From NCBI GenBank assembly GCA_028287465.1, contig JAQBPO010000067.1:5353-69352 (forward strand): a stretch of DNA of 64,000 bases, given 5' to 3'. The translations under genes were made by a program, and so were the position numbers. This document shows, piece after piece, positions 26,830 through 36,107 of the stretch. Every line of letters begins with the position of its first letter. Within the stretch, counting starts at the first letter, position 1. Origin of the DNA: Fibrobacterota bacterium. Its GTDB lineage: Bacteria; Fibrobacterota; Fibrobacteria; UBA11236. Under the pieces are notes generated by a model. That model searched no databases. It was not told the DNA's origin and worked only from the letters and a program-made list of their open reading frames with translations.

Positions 26830-28431
26830 CTAAGGTACGGCCGGCCCCACCGTATAGTGGAACATCATGTCCGATTCCATATGCTCGGAGATATGGCAGT
26901 GGGCCAGCCAGTCCCCGGGATTGCTCGCGTCCAGGAGGATGTCCGTGGTCTCGCCTTTGCCCACCAGGTAGGTGTCCTTCCATCCCATTTCCGAGAAATT
27001 CTCCTGCCCGTTGATGCGGACCACCAGGAAGCGCTGCCCGTGGAAATGGATGGGGTGGGGCATGGGATGCATTGAGGTCGAATCATTGTAGATCCGGATC
27101 AGGACCCGGTCCCCCTGCTTGAAGGCCCATCGGATTTCGTGGTTCTCCAGGCCGGTCGCGCGATCGCGGATGATCCAGGTCATGGTCTCCGAGGTGCTCG
27201 CTTCGTTCATGCCCCCCATATGGTCTTCCCATTCGATCCCGTCCGTCAGATGCTGCGCGGCGCCGGTCTTGGCCGCGGCATGGGAATGGCCTCCCATGCG
27301 CGCCGTGAGCAGAAGCTCCTTGTCCGGCGTCTTGCCGAAATCCCGCCGGAAGGGGTCTATGGTCTTCATGGCGTACGCGTTCGAATCGTAGGAATAGAAA
27401 AGCCTGTGGAGCCCCGAGGCCGCGCTATCGTCCAGCACCTGGACGCGGGCCAGGCGGTAGTCCTTGTTGGGGGTATCCTGGATCAGGGAGTCGACGCCTG
27501 GGGTGGGGAAGTAGCATTCGAAGACGCTGCGTTCCCCCGGGGCGAGGTATTCCGCGCCGCTCAGGATGGGATTCTCGAAGGGCCCATTGTCGGATCCGAC
27601 CAGTTTGATGTTGCTGTTCAGGGCGAACCCCAGGCGCAGCACCCGCGCATTGGAAACGTTGGTCACGTAGAACCGGATCAACTCATTCCTCTTCACCGTC
27701 AGGGAATAGCCGGTATCCCCGTTCACCAGGAACAGGTTCCCGAACCTTCCCATCATGGCATAGTCCGTCAAATCCTTCCGGAACGGCGCGATCCCGAGGC
27801 TGTCCGTCAATACGTCGTCGATGACCAGGAACTCCTCCCGGTCCACGGGCTTCCAGAAGGATGGATCCTTCGGCACCACGTAATAATTGCCGTACAGGCC
27901 CATCTCCTGGGAATAGTCCTCGCGCACATGGCTATGGTACCAGAACAGGCCCGGATCCGGGAACTTGATCGTATACGGCACGGCCTCGCTGTCCGTGGCC
28001 GCTACCGTACCTGCCGAGTTACCGTCGAAGCGGGAGTCCATGCGCACGCCGTGGGAATGCAGGGAGGTGGGCGATCCGGTCCGGTTCTTGAGCAGAACGG
28101 TGATGGTCGCGCCTTCGGGGACCTTGATGAGGGGGCCGGGGATGGATCCGTTATAGGCCAGCATGCGCGTTTCCCGGCCGTGCAGGATCTTTTTCACGGG
28201 GGCGGCGGTGAGCCTGAGGGTATCCCCGTCCTTCAACTCCAGGGTCTGCATGGGCCGGACCGATTCAAGTCCCTCCACGCCCCTGGGGAAATAGTCGGGG
28301 GCGGCGACCTCGGGGGATGTCTTCCCGCCTCCGGGACCGCAGCCGGACAGCCCTAGGAGCCCTACGAGCCCAATGAGCCATGGGGCCGCGATAGAGGCCG
28401 AGGCGCGGCCCAACCCATCGGTCATGTTCAT
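26830..28431 (-). CDS. Multicopper oxidase lipoprotein (CopA/laccase-like)
   Basis: Start MNMTDG with lipobox LLGLSGC. Copper sites HSHG, WYHSH, HPIHFHG, HCHISEHMESDMM. Confidence 0.85.
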   Translation of the reverse strand: MNMTDGLGRASASIAAPWLIGLVGLLGLSGCGPGGGKTSPEVAAPDYFPRGVEGLESVRPMQTLELKDGDTLRLTAAPVKKILHGRETRMLAYNGSIPGPLIKVPEGATITVLLKNRTGSPTSLHSHGVRMDSRFDGNSAGTVAATDSEAVPYTIKFPDPGLFWYHSHVREDYSQEMGLYGNYYVVPKDPSFWKPVDREEFLVIDDVLTDSLGIAPFRKDLTDYAMMGRFGNLFLVNGDTGYSLTVKRNELIRFYVTNVSNARVLRLGFALNSNIKLVGSDNGPFENPILSGAEYLAPGERSVFECYFPTPGVDSLIQDTPNKDYRLARVQVLDDSAASGLHRLFYSYDSNAYAMKTIDPFRRDFGKTPDKELLLTARMGGHSHAAAKTGAAQHLTDGIEWEDHMGGMNEASTSETMTWIIRDRATGLENHEIRWAFKQGDRVLIRIYNDSTSMHPMPHPIHFHGQRFLVVRINGQENFSEMGWKDTYLVGKGETTDILLDASNPGDWLAHCHISEHMESDMMFHYTVGPAVP

Positions 28432-28511
28432 GTTCGCGGACCCCCCACGTGCATAAGATAGTCCGTGGCGAGGGGGACGGCACGGGGCTTCGATGGATCG
28501 GATCCCGGGGC

Positions 28512-29693
28512 TCAGGGCCCCAAAAACCCGCCCACCAGGCTTCCCATGCCGTAGGTGATGGCCGCGGCGGCCAATCCGAAACCCACTTGGCGCAATCCGG
28601 AGCGGAGCGCGCTCCGGCCCGTGAACAGGGTGACCGCGCTGCCCAATAGGTAAAGGGCCGCGGCGCTGCAGACCAGGGCCCCGATCAAGGCGGCGCGCCC
28701 GGAGAGGAACAGGAATGGCAGCACCGGAAAGGAGGCTCCCAGGGAGAAAAGCAGGAAGGACGCGGCGGCGGCGGCCCAGGCGGATCCGCCCAGGGCATGC
28801 GGATCGATCCCCAGTTCCTCGCGCGCCATGGTCTCGATCGCCAATCCGGGTTCGCCCAGGATCCTCTCCGCCATGCGGCGGGCTTCCGGCTCCTCCATGC
28901 CCTTTGCCTGGTAGATGAGGGTGAGTTCCTCGGCCTCCTCCTGGGGCGAAGCTTCGATTTCCTGGCGCTCCAGATCGATCTGCTTCTCGTAGGACTCGCG
29001 CGAACTCTGTACCGACAGCCATTCCCCCAGGGCCATGGAACAGGCCCCCGCGGCGAGTCCGGCCATCCCGGCGATCAGGACGTTATGGCCCGCAGCATCG
29101 GCCCCGGCCACGCCCATCACCAGGCTCAGGTTGGAAACCAGGCCGTCATTGGCGCCCAGCACGGCGGCCCGGAGGGCGTTGCCCCCGCTCATGCGATGCC
29201 GCCCCTCCAGGCGCGCGAAATCCCCGCCCTCGATACCGTGATCCCCGGTGGACCGGGTGATGGCGGTCAGGAGCTTCATATGCGAGCGTTCCTCCCGGCT
29301 CATGCCGCCGGCTTCCGGCTGGTTGAGGTAGTTCCCGCTGTCGGCGCGCTCGCGCCCGGCCAGGGCCGGCAGGATGAAGGACACGCCGAAGGATTTGGCC
29401 AGCCGGATATACAGGCGGGTCCGGAATGAGGTCCGGAACGGGGGGATGCCGGCCCCGGATTCCACGGCCATGCGGCGCCAGGCCAGGGCATGTTTTTCCT
29501 CGGCCAAGGCCAGCTTCCGGTAGATTTCCCCCAGATGCGGGTCCTTTTCGGTATCGGCCAGGGCCGCGTAAAGGGCGGAACTGTTCAGTTCCGACTCCAT
29601 ATTCTCAAGATAGCGGCGTTGCCGGGCGGGGCCCCGGCGATCTTCAGGGAGCATTAATCTATCCAAATAAAATACCTGGGTGCCGATCGCCAT
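28512..29693 (-). CDS. mbfA: Membrane-bound ferritin-like/VIT1 fusion (erythrin-vacuolar iron transport family, MbfA-type Fe/Mn exporter)
   Basis: N-terminal rubrerythrin-like helix pair (EEKHALAW), then a CCC1/VIT1 membrane domain (GANDGLVSN...). The start could also be M13 or M32. Confidence 0.7.
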   Translation of the reverse strand: MAIGTQVFYLDRLMLPEDRRGPARQRRYLENMESELNSSALYAALADTEKDPHLGEIYRKLALAEEKHALAWRRMAVESGAGIPPFRTSFRTRLYIRLAKSFGVSFILPALAGRERADSGNYLNQPEAGGMSREERSHMKLLTAITRSTGDHGIEGGDFARLEGRHRMSGGNALRAAVLGANDGLVSNLSLVMGVAGADAAGHNVLIAGMAGLAAGACSMALGEWLSVQSSRESYEKQIDLERQEIEASPQEEAEELTLIYQAKGMEEPEARRMAERILGEPGLAIETMAREELGIDPHALGGSAWAAAAASFLLFSLGASFPVLPFLFLSGRAALIGALVCSAAALYLLGSAVTLFTGRSALRSGLRQVGFGLAAAAITYGMGSLVGGFLGP

Positions 29694-29804
29694 TCTTTTT
29701 TTTCCCCGCCGGACTTTAGATTTTATTTTTCAGAAAACACATTAATTGGGACCCCGGAGTCCCCTGGTTCCCCTCCGAATATGGGGGGGATTCCTGGAGC
29801 AAGA

Positions 29805-31298
29805 ATGACCTCTTCAGAATCCCCGATCTGCCAAACCGGAATCGCCGGCCTCGATCAAATCCTCCGCGGCGGTCTGCCGCGGCATCGCTTCTACATGATC
29901 CAGGGGGATCCTGGGGTGGGCAAGACGACCTTGGCCCTCCAGTTCCTGCTCAACGGAACGAAGCAGGGGGAAAAAGGCTTGTACATCACCCTGTCGGAGA
30001 CCCGGGACGAGCTGCTCGCGGTGGCGAAGTCCCATGACTGGAACCTGGACCATATCGAGATCCTCGAACTCACCTCCATGGCGCAGCAGGCGGAATCGCA
30101 GAATACGCTTTTCCATCCCTCCGAAGTGGAGCTGATGCAGACCGTGGAGACGGTCCTGGCCCGGGTGGAAAACGCCAAACCCGATCGCGTGGTCATCGAT
30201 TCGCTTTCCGAATTCCGCCTGCTGGCCCACGACGCCTTGCGGTACCGCCGGCAGATGCTTTCCTTCAAACAGTACTTCGCCGCGAACGGGGCCACCGTCC
30301 TGTTGCTGGACGATCGCACTTCCGGGGAGACGGATCAGCTCATCCAAAGCATCGCCCATGGGGTGATCAACCTGAAGCGCCTGGTGTCCGATTTCGGGGC
30401 GGAACGGCGCCAAATCAATATCATCAAATTGAGGGGATTGAAATTCGAGGACGGCAACCACGACTACACCATCCAATCCGGAGGCCTGGTCATTTACCCC
30501 CGGCTCAAGATGAGTTCCAAGCCTCCCATTTTCAAAACCAGCCCGCTCCCGAGCGGCCTTAAGGAACTGGACGATCTCTTGGGCGGAGCAGGACTGGAGA
30601 GGGGAACCGGAACCCTGTTTATCGGTCCGGCCGGCGCGGGCAAATCCACCATCGCGGCGAAATTCGCCTGTACGGCGGCCGAGCGGGGGGAAAGGTCGGC
30701 CGTCTTTATCTTCGACGAGAACCTGCACACCTATATCGAGCGCGCGGAAAACCTGGGCATGGGCATCCTCAAACATATGGAAAAGGGCCTGATCACCCTG
30801 AAGCATGTCGATGCCGCCGAGCTCTCCCCGGGGGAGATGGCGCATGAAATCTGCGCCATGGCCGATACCGGGAACGTCAAGGTCGTCATCATCGACAGCC
30901 TGAACGGGTACCTGAACGCCATGCCTGAAGAGAAATTCCTGCTCCTGCAATTGCACGAGATGCTCGCCTACCTGAGCCAAAGGGGCATCGCCTCCATCCT
31001 GGTGATGGCGCAACACGGCCTCCTGGGCGATATGCATTCGCCCGCCGACCTCACCTATCTCGCCGATACCGTGCTCCTGCTCCGCTATTTCGAATTCAAG
31101 GGCGCCATCAAGAAATCCATCGCCGTGATCAAGAAACGCAGCGGCGGGCATGAGAATTCGATCCGGGAGTTCATGATCCGGGACAATCGCCTGGTGGTGG
31201 GAGAGCCCCTGCGCCAATTCCAGGGCATCCTCAAGGGCATCCCCAACTTCCTGGGCGGATCCGATGCCATGCTGACGGGCCAGGCGGACAAGGACTGA
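29805..31298 (+). CDS. kaiC: KaiC-family double RecA-like ATPase
   Basis: Two Walker A sites (GDPGVGKTT and GPAGAGKST). About 500 aa, with two tandem KaiC domains. Confidence 0.85.
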   Translation: MTSSESPICQTGIAGLDQILRGGLPRHRFYMIQGDPGVGKTTLALQFLLNGTKQGEKGLYITLSETRDELLAVAKSHDWNLDHIEILELTSMAQQAESQNTLFHPSEVELMQTVETVLARVENAKPDRVVIDSLSEFRLLAHDALRYRRQMLSFKQYFAANGATVLLLDDRTSGETDQLIQSIAHGVINLKRLVSDFGAERRQINIIKLRGLKFEDGNHDYTIQSGGLVIYPRLKMSSKPPIFKTSPLPSGLKELDDLLGGAGLERGTGTLFIGPAGAGKSTIAAKFACTAAERGERSAVFIFDENLHTYIERAENLGMGILKHMEKGLITLKHVDAAELSPGEMAHEICAMADTGNVKVVIIDSLNGYLNAMPEEKFLLLQLHEMLAYLSQRGIASILVMAQHGLLGDMHSPADLTYLADTVLLLRYFEFKGAIKKSIAVIKKRSGGHENSIREFMIRDNRLVVGEPLRQFQGILKGIPNFLGGSDAMLTGQADKD

Positions 31299-31302
31299 TC
31301 CG

Positions 31303-33288
31303 ATGGGCGATCTGGAAGAGCGTATCCTGGTGCTCGCCCCCACGGGCCGCGACGCCGATATCGCTTGCGATGTGCTGCGCAAGGCCGGGTTCAAGGCCGA
31401 TCCCTGCGCCAACCTCGAGAGCGTGGCCGAGGAACTGAAGATCGGGGCCAGCGTCCTGATGCTGGCCGAGGAGGGTCTCTCCGCGCGAGGCATGCCCACC
31501 TTGATGGCCACCTTGGCGATGCAACCTCCCTGGTCGGACATCCCCATCGTGCTCCTGACGGGTTCCGGCGAAATGAACGAGGCCCGCATGCGCAACCTCA
31601 ACGCCTTCGCGCCCTCCGGCAACGTGACCTTCCTGGAGCGGCCCTTCCGGCAGATGACCTTGACCAGCACCTTGAAGATGGCCCAACGGGCGCGCGAGCG
31701 CCAGTACCAATTGCGCGGCACCCTGGCCAGCCTCAAGGAAAGCGAAGAACGCCTGCGCCTGGCCCTGGACTCCGGCAAGATCGGGGCCTGGGAATGGAAC
31801 GTCCGGCTCAACCGCCTGGTCGGTTCGCCGAGATTGCACGAATTCCTGGGATTGCAGGATGCCTCTCTGCAGGACGGCATGGAGGCTTTGATCTCCCTGA
31901 TCCATCCCGAGGAGGCCCCTGCCTTCCGGGAAGCCGTAGCCTGGTCCCTGGAGAGCGGCCGAGACTGCGAAACGGAGTTCCGGGTGCTGCGCCCGGACGG
32001 CGAAATGCGCTGGCTGTATACGCGGGCGAAGGTCTTCTTCGACCGGGACAACACCCCCGCCCGTCTCATCGGCGCGACTATGGACATCAGCGAGCGGAAG
32101 CGGGTGGAGGAGGATTTGCGCAAGGGCAAGGAAACCCTTCTGCAATCCCAGAAGATGGAGGCCATCGGCAAGCTGGCAGGCGGTATCGCCCATGATTTCA
32201 ACAATATGCTGACCGCGATCAACGGATACAGCGAGCTCCTGCTGGGACAGCTCCATGATCAGGCGGCCCTCAATATCGGCCTGGGCGAGATCCTGCGGTC
32301 CGGCAAGCGCGCAGCGGCCCTGACGAACCAGCTGCTCGCCTACAGCCGCCAGCAGATGATGGCGTTCCAGCTCGTTGATCTCAACTCCGTCGTGGAAGGG
32401 ATGTATGGCCTTCTGCAGCGGCTGCTCAACGAGGACATCCGCCACGTGCTTCGCCTCAAATCGCGCCTGCCTTCCATCAAGGCGGATCCGAGCCAGGTGG
32501 AGCAGGTGGTCCTGAACCTGGCCCTCAACGCCCGGGACGCAATGCCCCATGGCGGGCAATTGGAGATCGAGACCAACTTGTTGCGTCTGGGGCCGGGCGT
32601 GGAATCCCATCATAACGGCGCGCCGGCCGGGGATTACGTTTGCCTAAGGGTGCGGGATACCGGCGTGGGCATGGACGAGGCCGTCAAAGCGCATATCTTC
32701 GAGCCGTTCTTCACCACCAAGCACCTGGGCAAGGGCACGGGCATGGGATTGTCGACCGTTTACGGCATCGTACAGCAGTCCGGGGCATTCATCGCCGTGG
32801 AAACGGCGCCCGGACGCGGTTCGGTGTTCGAGGTGATATTCCCGGCGGTGAAGGATGCCAGGAAGGCGCCCGATCCGCCCGCCTCATCGAAGGTCCCGGC
32901 CGAGCGGGGCCGGGAAACCATCCTGGTGGCGGAGGACGAAGGTTCGGTCCGGGTCTTCCTGCGGCAGTTGCTGACCCAGCAGGGTTATACCGTACTTGCC
33001 GCGGCCAACGGCCATGAAGCCCTGGACTTGGCCAATTCCCATGCCGGGGAGATCCATCTGCTGCTGACGGACGTGGTGATGCCGGGCATGGGCGGCCGCG
33101 AGCTGGCGGAGAGGCTCTCGCCGGTACGGCCCTCCATGCGGATGCTGTTCATCTCCGGCTACACGGACGACGCCATCCTGCATCACGGGGTCCTGGACGG
33201 CGAAACCGCCTTCATGAACAAGCCTTTCCCGCCCGCCTCCCTCCTGGAAAAGATCCGGGAACTCCTCTCGGTCCCTTCCGCGTCCTGA
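31303..33288 (+). CDS. Hybrid sensor histidine kinase: N-terminal pseudo-receiver, PAS, HisKA, HATPase_c, C-terminal receiver
   Basis: Begins 4 nt after the kaiC stop. The N-terminal receiver-like fold lacks the phospho-acceptor acidic pair. H-box GGIAHDFNNML. G-boxes. C-terminal REC domain with D at LLLTDVVMPGMGG. Confidence 0.85.
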   Translation: MGDLEERILVLAPTGRDADIACDVLRKAGFKADPCANLESVAEELKIGASVLMLAEEGLSARGMPTLMATLAMQPPWSDIPIVLLTGSGEMNEARMRNLNAFAPSGNVTFLERPFRQMTLTSTLKMAQRARERQYQLRGTLASLKESEERLRLALDSGKIGAWEWNVRLNRLVGSPRLHEFLGLQDASLQDGMEALISLIHPEEAPAFREAVAWSLESGRDCETEFRVLRPDGEMRWLYTRAKVFFDRDNTPARLIGATMDISERKRVEEDLRKGKETLLQSQKMEAIGKLAGGIAHDFNNMLTAINGYSELLLGQLHDQAALNIGLGEILRSGKRAAALTNQLLAYSRQQMMAFQLVDLNSVVEGMYGLLQRLLNEDIRHVLRLKSRLPSIKADPSQVEQVVLNLALNARDAMPHGGQLEIETNLLRLGPGVESHHNGAPAGDYVCLRVRDTGVGMDEAVKAHIFEPFFTTKHLGKGTGMGLSTVYGIVQQSGAFIAVETAPGRGSVFEVIFPAVKDARKAPDPPASSKVPAERGRETILVAEDEGSVRVFLRQLLTQQGYTVLAAANGHEALDLANSHAGEIHLLLTDVVMPGMGGRELAERLSPVRPSMRMLFISGYTDDAILHHGVLDGETAFMNKPFPPASLLEKIRELLSVPSAS

Positions 33289-33305
33289 CTTGGTCAGGCC
33301 TGACC

Positions 33306-33334
33306 CGGCCGGGCCCGGCCCGGCTTTGTATTTT
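33306..33334 (+). terminator. GC-rich palindrome CCGGGCCCGG followed by TTTGTATTTT; probable intrinsic terminator after the kinase gene
   Basis: Sequence 33306-33334. Confidence 0.4.
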
Positions 33335-33341
33335 AGTGGCC

Positions 33342-33701
33342 ATGCAGCATATCACTAATGAATCCGAAGCGGTAACAGCCGTCTCGGCATCCGCCGGTAA
33401 ACCCGTCATCATCTACAAGCACAGCGCGATCTGCGGGATGTGCGATATCGCCATCGTCGAATTCGAGCGGTTCCGCGAGAGGGAATCCGATCGCTTCGCG
33501 TTCTACCAGGTCGATGTCATCGGAGCGCGCAAGGCATCCCAGAAGATCGAAGCCCTCATGCAGGTGCGGCATGAGTCCCCCCAGGTCCTCATGATTTGGG
33601 ACTCCCGGTGCCTTTGGCATGGGAGCCATCGGGCCATCAAGGAAGATCGGCTGCGGACGGAGGCCGAAGCCTTTCTACTAGGCCTTCCCGGCCGGTCCTA
33701 A
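33342..33701 (+). CDS. YtxJ-family (DUF2847) thioredoxin-like monothiol protein
   Basis: The characteristic segments HSAICGMC and VRHESPQVLMIW...WHGSH match YtxJ/BrxC-type proteins. Confidence 0.7.
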   Translation: MQHITNESEAVTAVSASAGKPVIIYKHSAICGMCDIAIVEFERFRERESDRFAFYQVDVIGARKASQKIEALMQVRHESPQVLMIWDSRCLWHGSHRAIKEDRLRTEAEAFLLGLPGRS

Positions 33702-33832
33702 GCGGTCGGTACGACCCCCATGAATTATTGCTCCCCGTAAGGGTCTCCCGCGGCGCGCCCGTTTCCGGGCCATTCTACGGGTAAATCTTGTAACCAAAAC
33801 CAGCTTAGAACGTTCGACGGAAAGTCAAAAAA

Positions 33833-33858
33833 GGCCTTAAAATGGGCTTAAATGGCTA
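33833..33858 (+). promoter_or_regulatory. Shared upstream motif GGCCTTAAAATGGGCTTAAATGGCTA, about 120 nt before the lipoprotein A gene
   Basis: A near-identical copy lies at 42344-42368, in front of the second TIGR02147 gene. Confidence 0.35.
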
Positions 33859-33978
33859 TATTTTGTTTTCAGATTCCGTAGTTCTATTGCCAACCCCGGT
33901 TTTCGGGGAGCATATTGTATCGCATACCGCCCCGACACGCGTCTCAAGGGGAAGTGGATTTTTCACAAAGGAGCTGCG

Positions 33979-35979
33979 ATGGAATCGCGAATCAGGAATA
34001 ACGGAATGTGGCTGTCGGCTTTGGGAGTATGCGGTGCGCTGTTCGCCGGATGCCTTTTCGAAGGAGGCGAGAAGACCGGGCCCGCCGGGCCGTCCCCCAT
34101 CCCCAGCATGCGCTGCGCCGATCTGAGCCCGTCCCAGCAGAAGGCGGGGGATTCCCTCGTCGCCTTGGCCCAGAAGCTGCAGGCCTCGGACGTGGAGATG
34201 ATGGTGTCCTCCCGCCAACCGCAATGGAACGAGGTGGGCGACGGCCGGGTCCGGGCTTCCATGGCGTATTACAACCAGGCTCTAGCCGCGGCTCCCGGCC
34301 ATTGCGGCGCCCTATTCGGCCGGGCCCTGGCCCAGAGCCAATTGCTCCTCCAGGACAAGGGCCTGAATGCCGTGGTCTCCCAGGCGCTTCCCGGGTCCGG
34401 GGCCGGAGCGATGGCGAAGAGGGCCGGCGGTTCGTCCCTGCCGGTGGCGCAGGCTTTCAAAGCGCCCCGCGATGAAGCCGCTCCCATGCTCCTTCGCATC
34501 GCTTCCGGCCTTTCCCGGGTCGACAAGCCCTTCATCTCCGCGCAGCAGGAGCGGTTCGCCACCGAGGTGCTGCCCACCCTGGATTCCGTGATCGCGTCGT
34601 TGGACGCGGTGCTGGCCAAGGGGGATTTCTCCATCACCTATCCCAAGGCGGACGGCGGGTTCATCGAGATCGACGCCGGCGAGGTGGGACCCGTCCTGGG
34701 CGGCCTGAAGGTGGCCCGCGCGGTCGTGCTGCTCCTCTCGGGCTACCAATGGGAAATCGCCCGCGAGAACTCCTACGACTGGATCGATCGCGTGGGGAAC
34801 CTGCGCCCCGCGGACTTCCGCCGGCTGACCGCGACCCAACGCGCCGATCTCGATCACCTGACCGGGTTCTTCCGGCCCGGCAACGCCTTCACCCGCGTCA
34901 AGCCCGAGTGGAAGGCGAGCATCCAGGGCATTCCCGACCTGCTGTTGCAGGCCGTGGACAATACCATCACCGGCCTCAAGTACTCCCTGGCGGAGGCCGG
35001 CCATCCCGAAAAGCAGATCAACGACGTGTACCGCGTCGGCACCGGGGAAGGGGACGATATCGACCCCAAAGAGCTGGAAGGCGTCATCGACGCCCTGGAC
35101 AGGACCCGGAAATACCTTAAGGGCGAGGTGAACCTGTCCTACAACAACGGAACCCATACCCTGAAGCTCAACTTCCCGAAGGTGTTCGCCTGGGATGGCC
35201 TGCAGAATTTCCTCCCGTACTATACCCAGGCTCCGTACGAAACCTGGTTCGCCCCCCTCGCCGATCCCGGAGAGGTCGAAGTCGAGTCGGGCCTCGAAAA
35301 CGGGGATCCGGCCGCCAAGGTCCTCGAGGCGCTCGGTCTTTCCTCGAGCGATGCCGTCCGCATCCGTCCGGACGGGGCGGGCTATCAGGTGATGCTAGAG
35401 GATAATACCGACGAGTGGTTCGGCAATACCTATAGGGGTCCTGCCGTCCTCCTGGCGGATCTGACTCCCGGCGCCGCTCCCTGCACCTTCGAATTCGCGA
35501 AGCATGCGGGCCGGCGCCGCGCGGAACCGACCCCGTTCTTCCCCGATGAAAACACCTTCGTATCCACCGCGGAAGAATCCACCGGCCTCATCGCCCTGGG
35601 CAATGCCTGCCGGGTTACCGCCGCGGGACAGGAATACCTGACGACGCGCTATTCCGGCGAAGCCGTGCCTTTCTGGTTCACGGACGCCTCGGGCAAAAAG
35701 ACCCTGGAGCCCGCCCAGTTGGGGCAAATCGTGAACGACCTCGGCCTGGCCGCCCTTACAGGCAAGGTCGTGTTCCGGGATCCCACCTTCGGCGGCGCGT
35801 TCCCGGAGCTGAACAACGACAATATCTGGTCGACCATCCAGTCCCTGGACAAGGTGGGTCCCCGCCTGAACGAAAAGTGCGGCCCGGACGGCCAGGAATG
35901 CACCCATGAACTTCCCGATAATCCTTCGGACCTGGACGTTTGGGCCCATTACCTCTTCTGGCTGGACAACCTGTTCTGA
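33979..35979 (+). CDS. Lipoprotein, paralog A of a two-member family (unknown function)
   Basis: Lipobox LFAGC. Shares blocks with the 38554 gene: APxHCGAxFG, GYQW, KYLxGEV, LTGKVVFxDPTxGGxFPxLxN, PSDLD. Confidence 0.7.
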   Translation: MESRIRNNGMWLSALGVCGALFAGCLFEGGEKTGPAGPSPIPSMRCADLSPSQQKAGDSLVALAQKLQASDVEMMVSSRQPQWNEVGDGRVRASMAYYNQALAAAPGHCGALFGRALAQSQLLLQDKGLNAVVSQALPGSGAGAMAKRAGGSSLPVAQAFKAPRDEAAPMLLRIASGLSRVDKPFISAQQERFATEVLPTLDSVIASLDAVLAKGDFSITYPKADGGFIEIDAGEVGPVLGGLKVARAVVLLLSGYQWEIARENSYDWIDRVGNLRPADFRRLTATQRADLDHLTGFFRPGNAFTRVKPEWKASIQGIPDLLLQAVDNTITGLKYSLAEAGHPEKQINDVYRVGTGEGDDIDPKELEGVIDALDRTRKYLKGEVNLSYNNGTHTLKLNFPKVFAWDGLQNFLPYYTQAPYETWFAPLADPGEVEVESGLENGDPAAKVLEALGLSSSDAVRIRPDGAGYQVMLEDNTDEWFGNTYRGPAVLLADLTPGAAPCTFEFAKHAGRRRAEPTPFFPDENTFVSTAEESTGLIALGNACRVTAAGQEYLTTRYSGEAVPFWFTDASGKKTLEPAQLGQIVNDLGLAALTGKVVFRDPTFGGAFPELNNDNIWSTIQSLDKVGPRLNEKCGPDGQECTHELPDNPSDLDVWAHYLFWLDNLF

Positions 35980-36000
35980 GACCGGACCTTCCGGAGGAAA

Positions 36001-36024
36001 GGCCCGCCGCAAGCGGGCTTTTCC
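36001..36024 (+). terminator. Intrinsic terminator GCCCGC-cgcaa-GCGGGC followed by TTTTCC
   Basis: Lies 22 nt after the lipoprotein A stop. Confidence 0.5.
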
Positions 36025-36107
36025 CGCGCCTAGCGTCTATACTTCCACCCATGAGGCGTTTCGCGGGCCCGGCTTCGGGCCCTATTCCATTTTTACATTC
36101 CCATCCC

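Noticed and set aside
29814-32613. ORFs 29814..32222 and 31231..32613 on the minus strand
   Set aside because: They are antisense to the kaiC and hybrid kinase genes, both of which have Walker and H-box motifs.
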